64,000 nt of DNA, taken from the NCBI RefSeq assembly GCF_009914755.1, contig NC_060927.1; one strand, 5' to 3'. Shown here one piece after another: positions 14,979 through 28,785 of the stretch. The notes beneath the pieces are model-generated. The model searched no databases. It saw nothing but the letters and a program-made list of their open reading frames with translations, and had not been told where the DNA came from. The DNA comes from the human T2T-CHM13v2.0 reference genome, Homo sapiens. The stretch's first letter is position 1; each line of letters begins with the position of its first letter. The position numbers were made by a program, and so were the translations under genes.

Positions 14979-16246
14979 TTCCTGTCTTTTTATTTATAAA
15001 ATATAAGGTTATAAGAAAAGATAAAGAAAATATAAGTTTCTTCTGGGGATTATTGGGGTAGAGGCGATGTTTCTCAGGACTGCTTCAAGCGTGACCAGGG
15101 ACTGTGTGGACATCTTAAAGAAAATTTTATAATGAGTTAGTCCAGTAAGTTTCGGGTCTAGGGTGCATTTTTATGTAGCTAACAAGGTGCCAGTTGGCAT
15201 ATTTTTGAGCTTGGAACTGCCCTAATAAAATAAGTTCTCTAAAAACAGTAATCAGGCATATTAGCTTTTAATGTAGGCGGAGATGAGTTTTTAGGCCAAG
15301 GAAGGAATAATGTTTTACGTACCAAAGGCTTTCATCCCCATTTTCCAACATATGAATAGGATTCCCTGTTGTTAAGTCAATGATCTATTATATTACCCTT
15401 TTCTCATAGGTGTGAGTGGTGGTCTGATTGGAAAAGCTCAATAGTTCTGATTGCAGATCCTATTCAGGAGAGATAATAAGTAAAAGAATCTTTGTCTCCT
15501 GGATTAAGGTGAGGAAGAATGAATTTTCCATGATCTAAGAACCACTTGCCCTGGGTTGGAAAAGACTGGTAGAGCAGGCTTACAGAGGAGGAGTAGATGG
15601 GGGTGATAGAGGAGAAAGAAAAATACTGGCCTTTTGGAGTGAGGGCTGGAATATTTGCGGGTGTGGAGGCATTTGCTATTTCTTTTGCTGTCCTGTCGGC
15701 ATAGGCATTTCCTTTAGCAATGAGATCAGTTAGTTTCTGGTGTCCTTTACAATGAATGACTCCAGCCTTGGCCGGCAGGAGAGCAGCCTTAAGGAGGGCC
15801 TTCATTAGAGAGGCATTGATAATGGAAGAGCCTTGTGTGGTGAGAAAACCTCTTTCAGCCCAAATGGCAGCATGGTTATGGTAGATGTGGAAAGCATATG
15901 TGGAGTCACTGTAAATGTTAATGTGCATTCCTTTGGCAAGAGAGAACACACGAGTTAAAGCAATGAGTTCAGCTTTTTGGGAAGTAGTGGAGGGAGGAAG
16001 TGCAGCAGCCTCAATAATAGAGGTATGGGACACGACAGCATAACCAGATTTAGCTGGCGAGATTTGGCTGGGTATACAGGAACTGCCATCAATAAACCAA
16101 GTGTGGTCTGGGTTTGGGATTGGAAAAATAGAAATATGAGGAAAGGGGGAAGATGCTATGTGTATTAGGGAGATACAGTCATGTGGCTCAGGATTTACGT
16201 TGGGTGCTAAGTGAGAAGCTGGGTTGAAATCGGGTCCGTGGGTAAT
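14979..16246 (-). mobile_element. HERV-H internal remnant (pol connection/RNase H joined to 3' internal sequence)
   Basis: ORF 15464-16282 encodes retroviral RNase H motifs; the segment is contiguous with the PPT and LTR. Confidence 0.88.
15674..16117 (-). pseudogene. Endogenous retroviral RNase H domain, uninterrupted frame
   Basis: WFIDGS, SQKAELIAL, IYSDS, HCKGHQ and GNAYAD motifs in a single frame. Confidence 0.85.
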
Positions 16247-16292
16247 ATTTAGCACAATGCCTGGTATAGAAAAATTACCCAATAAATGTTAA
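16247..16292 (+). mobile_element. MIR, 3' part (continues 14325-14511)
   Basis: atttagcacaatgcctggtatag...caataaatgtt matches the MIR 3' end. Confidence 0.75.
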
Positions 16293-16462
16293 AAGAGGGA
16301 AAGTAGGAATAGAGTTATTTTCAAGTTGAACTGGCAGAATGAGACCTACTTAAATGCAAATGAGACAGAATGGCAATGTATGCAAATGGGGCCACAGATT
16401 GTAGTGGATTCTGGAGTAGACTGGGAAGTATTTATGGAGGAGGTTTCCTCATAGGCTAAGAC

Positions 16463-16624
16463 TTGCTTCTCAAAGTATGTCCAGTGACAGCACTGGCATC
16501 TCTTGGAAGCTTGTTAGAAATGCAGACTCTCAGACCCTCTTCCAGACTTACTGAATTAGAATCTGCATTTCAACAAGATGTCCGGAAGCTTTGTCGTGCA
16601 TAAAGTTGAAGAGCCCTTCTCTAG
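16463..16624 (+). mobile_element. MER5A hAT DNA transposon
   Basis: cttctcaaagt...gcttgttagaaatgcagactctcag...actgaattagaatctgcatttcaacaagat. Confidence 0.75.
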
Positions 16625-18253
16625 GACACATCTTGCTTCTTAAAATGTTCAGGCCTGCCATTATCTCCCATTACACACAGCAGCATTTACAAAAGAATAA
16701 TTCTGGGGGCAGGGAGCCTACACTCCTAAAAATTCCCACTGCAAAAAAACTGTGAATGTGAAATTCTAACAGTTATATATTGGAAATATGATAGAACTGG
16801 CAAAAATAAGTCAAATCACCTAAATAAAGCATGCAACATAAGCTTTGATTCAATTACTATTTATGCCTAGGCAGAGTAAAAATTACAAATTTTTTTCATC
16901 CAGGATGAAATGAAAACCAAGGAAATATATGATCACTTTCTTTGGGAGGGATTGGACAGAAGTCCCTGGTACTCTCAGATTTACGAAAAGCATGCATGCC
17001 CCTGGAAGGCAATGGCATTTCAGTCACATGTTTCCTTCTGTATATCCATGCCCCCCCAACCTCCGCCCCGCACCCACCACACACACACACACCAAATAAC
17101 AACACAACATTTTGGGGGGTTGCACTGTATAACACTACACATTGCAGAGAAACAGACACATACACGTAAGCTTTATCCACAACTTCCCACTTTTCTTTAA
17201 GCACCTGTTCAAATCTTGCATACCAGAGACACAGAATCTTTTATCTGGAATAATTTTTAGGAAATAGTGGACAAGAACAAAAGGGGAGAACTGATGGGGA
17301 AAATAATAATATCTGTCATTTATCCGATGCCTAGTTGTGCAAGATATCGTCCCAGAAGATTATTACTTTTTAATTCTTGCAATAACCCTCTAAGACAAGG
17401 TATAAATTCTTTATTATTTCAACTGAGGAAATAAAAGCCTATGAAGTCAAATATATTGCCAAAGGCTATGTGCCTAAGAAGTAACATAACTGAGCCTAGA
17501 ACCCAGGTCTATCTTCTCCTTCCATCTGTCAGAATAAAAACATCTATGAATCCACTAGTCATCTTCTTGAGGAATGGCTTCTAATTTGTAATTCAAATGC
17601 AATATTTTTTTCTCACTTTCCACTTCACATGATAAGTGGGGAAGTGGCAAAGGAATATTTTGAAGTCAGACTGAATTTAAGCTGTAGATGGTAAAGCACA
17701 GGATAATTTCCTCCTTGGTATTTGAGAAGTTCTTCATCTTAACCATCTGTTGCAGGCTGACAGATGGGTTGATATATGACAGAATAATGGGTCTTCAATT
17801 CTAGAAAGGCATAAGGAATGCTTGAAAAATAGCAGCTCTTTTCATGAACCTAACTGTGTAAATGCCGCTTGCTCATTTGCAAAAAAAAAAGAAAAATTGG
17901 TGGGAGCAAGTGTGAAATGTAGTCACAATCCTTCCCCCAAACAGAAAATTTTTCGTAATTGCCAAAGGTCAAATGCAGAAAAAAAATGCCTATTCTAAAA
18001 TCATGCCAGAATTTTCAAATTTAGTCACTTAAAAAGTCATACCAGGGAAAGCCCATACACAAAGAAAAAATAATAAAAACAACTTTTTAAAAAACCTTCT
18101 TCCATCCCTATCCCCAGCCATTGAATTATCTTTATTATGAGTTTCTTGTATCCTTGAGGGAATTTAAGAAACATGCCGATATTTGAGGCCTAATGATTTT
18201 TCCTTTAAGCGTCTCTACCAAATGTAAAATGTCTTCCCTTTCTTCTTGCAGAT

Positions 18254-18257
<4 letters not shown>

Positions 18258-18288
<31 letters not shown>

Positions 18289-18320
18289 GTATATATATAT
18301 ATAAGTATAATATATATATA
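18258..18320. repeat. (GT)n/(TA)n compound microsatellite
   Basis: Read directly from the sequence. Confidence 0.9.
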
Positions 18321-19289
18321 CTAATAAGTTACTAACAGCAGATATCTGGCTAGGCTCTAGGGACACAGGTGATTAAGATAGTCCTATGCGCAAGGACCTC
18401 ACAGTGCTTTTTGCAATGTAGCAACATGATCAAGGCATTCCTTGATCATATTAATGGCTCATTCTCCTACGCAAAACTTCAGATGGCCCTGCATGTCTTT
18501 ACACTGTCACACAAGTTCTTTTCCAATCACGTATTGCAACCAAAAGAAATATTCACACATGCGAAGACTCCACCTATACCCTTAAATGCCTGGTTATTGC
18601 CAAATAGGTTTGAAGCTCTACCTATGAAGAACCAGTAACTTAACACTTTAGGTTGGAAAAGTTTGGGCCATAATTATTTAACCTCAACAGAGTGATCCTA
18701 TTTTCAAATTAACGTCAGAATCCAGTTTGAAAAAAAAAATTGAGTTATTTCAGTTGAATTCATGGTCAAATGTCATTGGCCGTGACTAAATAAGGCCATG
18801 TCACTTGATGATTGCACTGTCTTCACCATCATCATCACGATCATTAATGCAACAGCTAAAATATTCCAGTCTCCATGCTTAACATTTGTATTTAATTTTA
18901 ATCCTCACAACGACCCTGTAAGGGAAGTACTCCTGTCCCATGTTACAGATTTGAACACCAAAGACCAGAGAACTTTAAAATCCATCATCAGGTTTGCTTC
19001 TTCATTGCATTATTTCCAGCCACAGATACCAACTATTCCATGTCCTATCTGGGAGATTACCAGTAGTGTAGAATAGTAAGTTAATAATAGGATTATGTTT
19101 TCAAAGGAGTATTTGACAGCCTGAATTTATATCAGCAGTTTCTTCCCATTTTAATATTATGTAATTCTGGTGGAGAAAGATGTGCAATTTTTTCTGGTTT
19201 CCGGGAAGGCGTTTGCAAAGAACATAAAGCAAAGTTCAGAGAGGATCTTACTTGATTCAGAAGGTGGCACTTGAAAGGCCTGCTAGCAA

Positions 19290-19518
19290 TTTATTTATTG
19301 ATTATTGTTTTGTTTTATTTTTTAATTTGGAGATGGGGTATCCTTGAGGTAATTTAGGTATCCTTGAGGTAATTGTTGGATTACCTCGGAGCAGTGCCTA
19401 TTCACAGGTGCAATCATAGCACACTATGGCCTCAAACTCCAGGCCTCAGGGGATCCTCCCGTCTCAGCTTTCTGAGTAGCTGGGACTACAGACGGGTGCA
19501 ACTGCAACCATGCACAGT
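19290..19518 (-). mobile_element. FAM/FLAM-type monomeric 7SL-derived SINE
   Basis: gcagtgcctattcacaggtgcaatcatagcacact...gtagctgggactacag; the 7SL-like ctattcacagg segment is typical of FAM; T-rich tail on the left. Confidence 0.7.
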
Positions 19519-21076
19519 CATTTTCTCAAAATTTCCCAGTGTGGTTGTTTGAAAAAATTTCCCATAGAACATAATCCATTTTCAAATATAGGTTACTGGT
19601 GGGGTAAGTTCAACATACTTAGAAAAATTTAAAAATTACTTTGAATTGTATAATATTTTAATTATCCATGCTTCTATTATCTGCCATTGTATGGAGAAAA
19701 AAACTTTGTTGTGTTATCTGTTTTTTAAAAAAATCAGTTTGTGTCTGTTTGTGTGATATCACATATATACATATATGAATTTCAATACATACATCTTGGA
19801 ATACACCTTCACAGATGGTTTGTATAGATACAAAAGAACAAATTGTGAGGGGGTAGTTTTGTTCGGTTGATGAGAAAACATTGTAGTCTAGAGTACATGT
19901 GAGAGATGAAGTTCAAGTCTGGTTGCTTCTGACTCCAACCTTCCACTGTGTCTCCTGTAAGCTACACTTCCTCCAGATGTTTCATCTATATGCTGCCGGA
20001 CATCTGGTGTTTTCCAGCTATATTTATAATGCCCAGATGTTTTGTGTCAAGTAGATACGGCTAGTTGTTAATTAACTAAATCTTAGCATTTTCATCTAGC
20101 TGATTCAATGGCAGTCCCCAAAATATTTCAGAAGTGCTAAAAAAAATGCATAAACATAAGAAAGATTGATATGGTGTTCAATAAGCATCCCCAAATTTCC
20201 AGATTCACTTTTGACTAACTATACAAATTTATTCTTTTCCCAGTTATGTCAAAACCAATAATCAATTTTTTGGAAAGGATGCTATTTTCTATATGACATA
20301 GTAATTCATTTAGAAACACTCAACAACCCTCGTTGCTTTCCTAAGCTTTCCTAGCAAATTGCTAGGGTACCAGGGTCCAGAAAGGCAGGAGTACTCTTCT
20401 ACTAACATTTAATTGTGTGAACTGATCCACCCCAAACCTCTTTACCCCTTGGACTCAAGCTTATCTTTCTAAGAGGGATAGGGTTGCAGGTGGGGAAGTA
20501 TAGAGAGACAATAGTCTCAGCAGCCATGTGAGACACCCAAATTCCCAAGAAACAAGCAGTCTTCTCCTCATGCTAATACCTACCTCTCCAGCAAATAGCC
20601 CAAGGAGTCTTTGGTCCTGGCCAACCCAGTATCAACATGCATTTTTCCTAGGAAAGGAACAAGCAGGTAGTAAAGAAGAGTCCAACACTCCCTCTAGAGG
20701 CCAATTCATAGGCCTTCCAGATAAGCCATTTTGTGTTGTATTCATTATTCACCGTGAGTCCTGAGACTGCTTTGAGAACCATCCAAGGACAAAACCTAAA
20801 AAGATCCTGGATGCAACCAGATCTGTGTCACTTTCTGTCTCCCTAGGCTGTTCAGTACTCCCCAGATATTGTTTTTTTAAATTTCCAAAACACCAAGGAC
20901 TTTTCCTACAAAGCTATTATCACTATATGCAATTATGCATTCTTTTGTGATTGATTAACAGCTCTCTCTTCTACCAGAATGAGTACTAGGACCATGTCTG
21001 TTTCTATTAACTACCATATTTCCAAGACCTGGCACCTGGTAGATTCTCAATAGAGATTTGCTAAATAAATGAGTAA

Positions 21077-23538
<2,462 letters not shown>

Positions 23539-23960
23539 GATATGCCCACCCAGGACCTGTGAACCTGTGAATGTGACTTTATTTGAAACAGGGGTCTTTG
23601 CAGATGTAATTCAGTTAAGGATCTCATAATGAGATCAAGCTGTATTTGGGTGGGCCCTAAATCCAATGACAGGTGTCCATAAGAGAAAAGAAGAGACAAT
23701 GATACACACAGAAGGTGACGTGAAGACCAGCAGAGACTGGAGCGGTGCATCTATAAACCAAGCCATGCCAAGGACTGCCAGTAGAAACTGGGAGAGGAGC
23801 ATGGGAGGGATTCTCCCTCAGAGCCTCCAGGAAGAATTAGCCCTGCTAACACTTCGGTTTTCAACTTCTGGCCTCCAGAAGGGTGAGAGAGTAAACTTCT
23901 GTTGTTTTAAGCCACTTGGTTCATGATAATTTTATAGCAGTACTAGGAAACCAATATAAC
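23539..23960 (+). mobile_element. MLT1C-like MaLR LTR lacking its first ~25-30 bp
   Basis: gaatgtgactttatttgaaacaggggtctttgcagatgtaat...ttctgttgttttaagccac...gcagtactaggaaaccaatata. Confidence 0.8.
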
Positions 23961-24313
23961 GAGATTAAAACAAATATTTAAATTACCAGAATAAAATTAG
24001 ATCATATCAAACCCAATTGCAAAATGACCGAGGAAAAGATGACAAAAAAACTGAGGATACAATAAAATCAGAAAATAAAGGCAGGTGAATATGGGAATGC
24101 TGAATTAAAAGGGCAAGGGAGAAACTAAGTTAAGTGGATGGTTAGGAACCTGTAGGAAGGAGATAATAAATATTGTCTCTATTCTATTGTAATATAACTA
24201 ATAAATAGTAGTTAAGGAATTATTAGGATGTTTAAGGAATTATCAGGAATAAGAATGCTACTTTATGTTCTACTGAGTTAAATAAATACGACACAAATTA
24301 AAAAATAAATAAA
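23539..24313 (+). mobile_element. L1 3'-transduced segment (5'-clipped MLT1C-like LTR, unique DNA, AATAAA, A-rich tail)
   Basis: Enclosed together with the L1 by the direct repeat taaataaatgagtaaaccc (21062-21080 and 24314-24332). AATAAA at 24281-24286; A-rich tail from about 24300. Confidence 0.85.
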
Positions 24314-27300
24314 TAAATAAATGAGTAAACCCACCTAATGTATTTGGCCATCAAAACCTACTGGATAATGCCTATATACTTTTCTATATTGTATTTTTAG
24401 CTATAATATGTCACTGAATTTCCTGTATCAAGACTAATTAATAGAGTGAACTTTCAGGAGCTGGGCTAAGCATTTTATTGCATTACTTCTTTTGTCCTTG
24501 TCAAAAATACTATGAAAATGTATCTCATTATTGCCCCTTTTTACAGTTGGAAACTGAGGCTTCATTGGGTTCTAGGGCTACTTAGAAAGAATTGAAATTC
24601 GACCTCAGGACTGCCTGATTTCAAAGACGGCAGACTTAACCACTATGTGATAATTCCTATTCTAAAAACCTGTATATAATAAGACCAACATAAAAAATTC
24701 TCAATGAAGATCAAGCAGAATAATGAATGTAGAGGGCTTAGCACAGCACCTGACCCATAGTAAACATAGAATCAATAGAGCTATTAATATTAATGCTACT
24801 ACTAATATTATTAATTTATTTTGAACAGCTCTTAATTTGCTAATGTTACTATTAACTTTCTTTGAAAGGTCTGTGCTAGTTGTAATAAAAAGATTAGGCA
24901 GGATCAATGGAAAATTAAATCATGTTTTGAGGAGTGTTTTTAACATATGATTTACGACAGTATTGCAGAAAGCTATTGAAGACTTTGCATCTATTCTGAG
25001 TTCACCAAACATCCAGGAATACCTCCCTCTTGCACCAAGATTATAAAATCAATTGCCTGTAACTGAAATAAAGAGAGAGATGCAGGGGATCTAAAAATCT
25101 TCTTTTCACAAGAAAAGTTAAGAACAAGAAATAGAAGGTATCTGTTCTACAGCTAAGCCACCACAGATTAATTGATAAAGTTTTCTGGGAACAGTCTAGA
25201 AAAGAAAAAGTGCAGTATGTCAATCATAATGAAATTTAACTTCGGGGAAAAAGCAATGAAACCCTACATTAATTCTCAAGCATCAGCCAGATTCTTCACG
25301 CATAAAACAAGATGATTGACTATTACCCAGACCTTGTAACAGAAGAACATCAGCATCCACTACATCTCTCTTTTTGCAAAATCCTGATTAATTGGCAGTG
25401 TGACAATAGTGTATCTTGCAGTTCTTACATGAAACAACTCAGGCAGAGTATAGGCCACTGGAGGGAGGAGAACAGATCTCCCTTGGCTGGTCTCCCCCAC
25501 TCTCTTCCATTTTTAGAACAGTACCCAGCCCATAGCAGGGAAGATAATAAAGTGTAAACAGACGACTTGGAAAAGAGACAGAAACAACAATGGACAAACA
25601 AAAAAATCAATGGGATTTGGAGTCAAACAGACCTGAGTTTGGTACCCAACCTCTCTATTTACTTAACTTCTCTGATCTTTTCCTTCTTCATTTGTAAAAT
25701 AGAAAAACTAACAGCTACTTCGCAGGGTTGTGGTGAAGATGAAATGAGGTGGAACAGGTAAGGCATCATACCTTACATATGGTAGACCTTCATTCAATAT
25801 AATGAGGTTCACCTTCCAGTGAATGACACAGACTTTGGAGCTTAGCAAACCTATGTTGCAACCAAAGTTTAGCAGCTTAGTAACTCTGAGATGTCTAGCA
25901 AATCACTTAATCTTTCTGAATTTTGACTTTCTCACCTGTAAAATACAGTCAATAATAGTCACCTCAAAGTGTCATTATGAGAATTAAATGAGTAATGCGT
26001 GGAATGTTCAGTGTCTGATACATAGTAACAGATAAATGATAGCCATGTTTATATCATTGCTTAATTTTTGTTATGAGCCTAAACAATCATGGCCTTCTAA
26101 AAGCAATCGTGTTTTTATAAGATTAAGAATATAGACTGTGGAGCCAAACTCCCTCGGTTGAAATCCTGGCTGTGCACCTTTCAAACTGGGTTTAAGTAAT
26201 TTATCCCAACTATAAAATGGGATTACAATAGTATCTACCCCAAAAGGGTTGTTAGGAAATTAAAGAAGCAAATATATGTAAAACTTCAATAAGTGTTCTC
26301 TAAGTGTTGGCAGCTCTCATCATCATCACCATTACCAACACCACCATTAACACTATCATCATTATCATCATGATCATCTCTTGAAGGGGTCACAAAATCA
26401 TCTCCTTAGAAACTGCTACCTCCCAATTAAAAATATAACAGCAATAATATTAATTGAAATTTATTCCGGCTATGACAATATTGAAAATATAGGCAGCCTG
26501 GTCTTCTGTCCCTTACCACTTCTGTGGGCCTCTTCCTGCAGAGAGCTCTGCCTGAGCTCAGAGAAAACCATGCTTGGAGAAAACACACAGACCCCAAGTA
26601 AGGGATAAATGTGGAGCCTCCAGCTCTTGGATGTCGGAAAGAAAAACTGAGGTAGGGTGTGAACCAGAGGCAATTCAGAGGCACTTTTCCAAGTAAGTGT
26701 TTTGCAAATGAAGTGGCTGCTACCCTGAGTCCTTGGCTTATTAGATGGGTGATAACCATCAAAAAGACAAACAGGGTGGGAAGTTCTCATCCAAAATGGA
26801 AAAGTCCTAACTCACATGCCAAGCTCCTTGGAGCTGGCCATTTGCACATGATTAGAGACTTTCTGACTTCAATTTCTCCTCTCTAGTAAAGATAAGCAAA
26901 CTTGATGGCTTGACCACTCTTACCCCAGAATTCCTTTTGCTTATTTAAAACACCAGCCCTGAGCAGGCCTGGCTTTCAGTGGGGTCTAGAGCTCACCCAG
27001 CAGGTTTAAGCCATTTTGCCAATGGATTTGTCATTAAAGATTACAAAGTCTAGGGGATTAGTGGGATTTGTCTAAGCACACTCAATGTCAGGAAGAAGAG
27101 GGACTGGTCTCCTGGGACCAAAAACTCCAAATCTGGTCTAAGCTCATTTCATTTACCTCCAGAAACTGGGTTTGTGTTCTTACTCATAAAATACAAACAG
27201 TAGTAATATCTGCTTCATAGAGTTGTTGTAAAGTAAAAGAAATGGTGCATATAGAGCATTTTGCACGGTACCTAGTGTGTGATAAGTGCCTGATGGTGGT

Positions 27301-27315
27301 GGGACTTCTGAATCT

Positions 27316-27317
<2 letters not shown>

Positions 27318-27377
<60 letters not shown>

Positions 27378-27610
27378 ATATATATATAGTTATATATATA
27401 TAGTTATATATATATATAGTTTTATATATATATAGTTATATATATAGTTTTATATATATATAGTTATATATATATAATTTTATATATATATAGTTTTATA
27501 TATATAGTTATATATATATAGTTTTATATATATATAGTTTTATATATATAGTTTTATATATATAGTTTTATATATAGTTTTATATATATATAGTTTTATA
27601 TATATATATA
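27318..27610. repeat. Interrupted (TA)n tract of ~290 bp with (TA)n-GTT/GTTT subunits
   Basis: Read directly; occupies the tail position of the adjacent minus-strand L1. Confidence 0.95.
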
Positions 27611-27730
27611 ATTATACTTTAAGTTATAGGGTACATGTGCACAATGTGCAGGTTAGTTACGTATGTATACATGTGCCATGCTGGTGTGTTGCACCCATTA
27701 ACTCGTCATTTAGCATTAGGTATATCTCCC
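27611..27730 (-). mobile_element. Very short L1PA 3' end (L1PA3/4-like), ~120 bp
   Basis: attatactttaagtt...gggtacatgtgcacaatgtgcaggttagttac...aactcgtcatttagcattaggtatatctccc. Confidence 0.9.
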
Positions 27731-27774
27731 TCCTTTGGAGGAAAGAGGGAGCTCTCTTCCTGCTCTCAGACACT

Positions 27775-28025
27775 GCCGCTGCCTCCTCCTCCTATTTTTT
27801 CTCTTCCTTCTCCCTTCTTCGTGCTCCCCTCTCCTCACTCTCCTCATCCTCAATTCCTTCCCCCCTTCTTCTCTTCCCTTTCTTTACTTCCTTCCCCCTC
27901 CTCCCCCTTCTCCTTCCCCAATGCTCCCCCTTCCCCCTCCACTTTCTCTTCCCTATCCTCCTCCTGTCTCCCCCTCTCCCTTTTTCTCTTCCCTGTTCTG
28001 CTCCTCCCCTCTCTCATCCTCCTTA
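27775..28025. repeat. Pyrimidine-rich (CT/CCT) low-complexity tract
   Basis: Almost pure C/T over ~250 bp. Confidence 0.9.
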
Positions 28026-28463
28026 TTTCATCATCTACCAGCCACCAGCCTGCCATGTCTTGTTAACAGAGTGGTCAAGCCAGCCTTTCCCCCAACACCT
28101 AACAAAATGCAGCTCATGCTTGGCAGGATTGCCCCTGTGGGCCGCCCACCTCCTTCTTTGGGCTGCCAACACAGAGGGCCCAAGCCTCCCTTTGGTCACA
28201 CTGATTTGCTTTCAGACCAGACCACTGAGGCAATGAATTGGGTGATCATATAAACCCAACTATGGGACTCTACAGGCCAAGAGGAATGTGGGAGGCATGC
28301 TGGCCTTGTCAAAGCTGAGCTGTGGGATGGCTTAGCTTTGGACCATCTCAGACCAAACTACCAAAAGAAAGTGTGGCATTAATGAACCCAAACAGGAAAA
28401 GGGGCATCACTGTCACTTGACCATGGATATAAATGTGCTTCCATTTGTTAATTGTGGATTAGA

Positions 28464-28785
28464 ACTATGCTGTCCAATAGGATAGCACTAGTAACATGTG
28501 GTTATTGAGCACTGAAATGTGGTTATTATGAATTAAGATGTACTGTAAGTGTAAAATACACATCACGTTTCAAAGACTTAGTATCAAAAAAGTAAAATGG
28601 CATACTAATAATTTTAGATTGATTATATGAAATAATAATTTTGATGTATTGGGGTTTGTTGTATTAATATGTTATATATTAATATAATCAATTGCATCAA
28701 TTTCTCTTTGCTTTAACTGTGGCTACTTTAAAGCTTAAAATTACATATGCCGCTCCTATTTGTGGCTTGCATTAGATTTCTTCAG
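28464..28785 (-). mobile_element. MER33-like hAT DNA transposon
   Basis: gctgtccaata...acatgtggttattgagcactgaaatgtgg...ctgtaagtgtaaaatacac...ttcaaagacttagtat. Confidence 0.7.

Noticed and set aside
27635-28253. Overlapping 143-199-aa ORFs
   Set aside because: They consist of L1 3' UTR plus a C/T low-complexity tract that lacks stop codons for compositional reasons.
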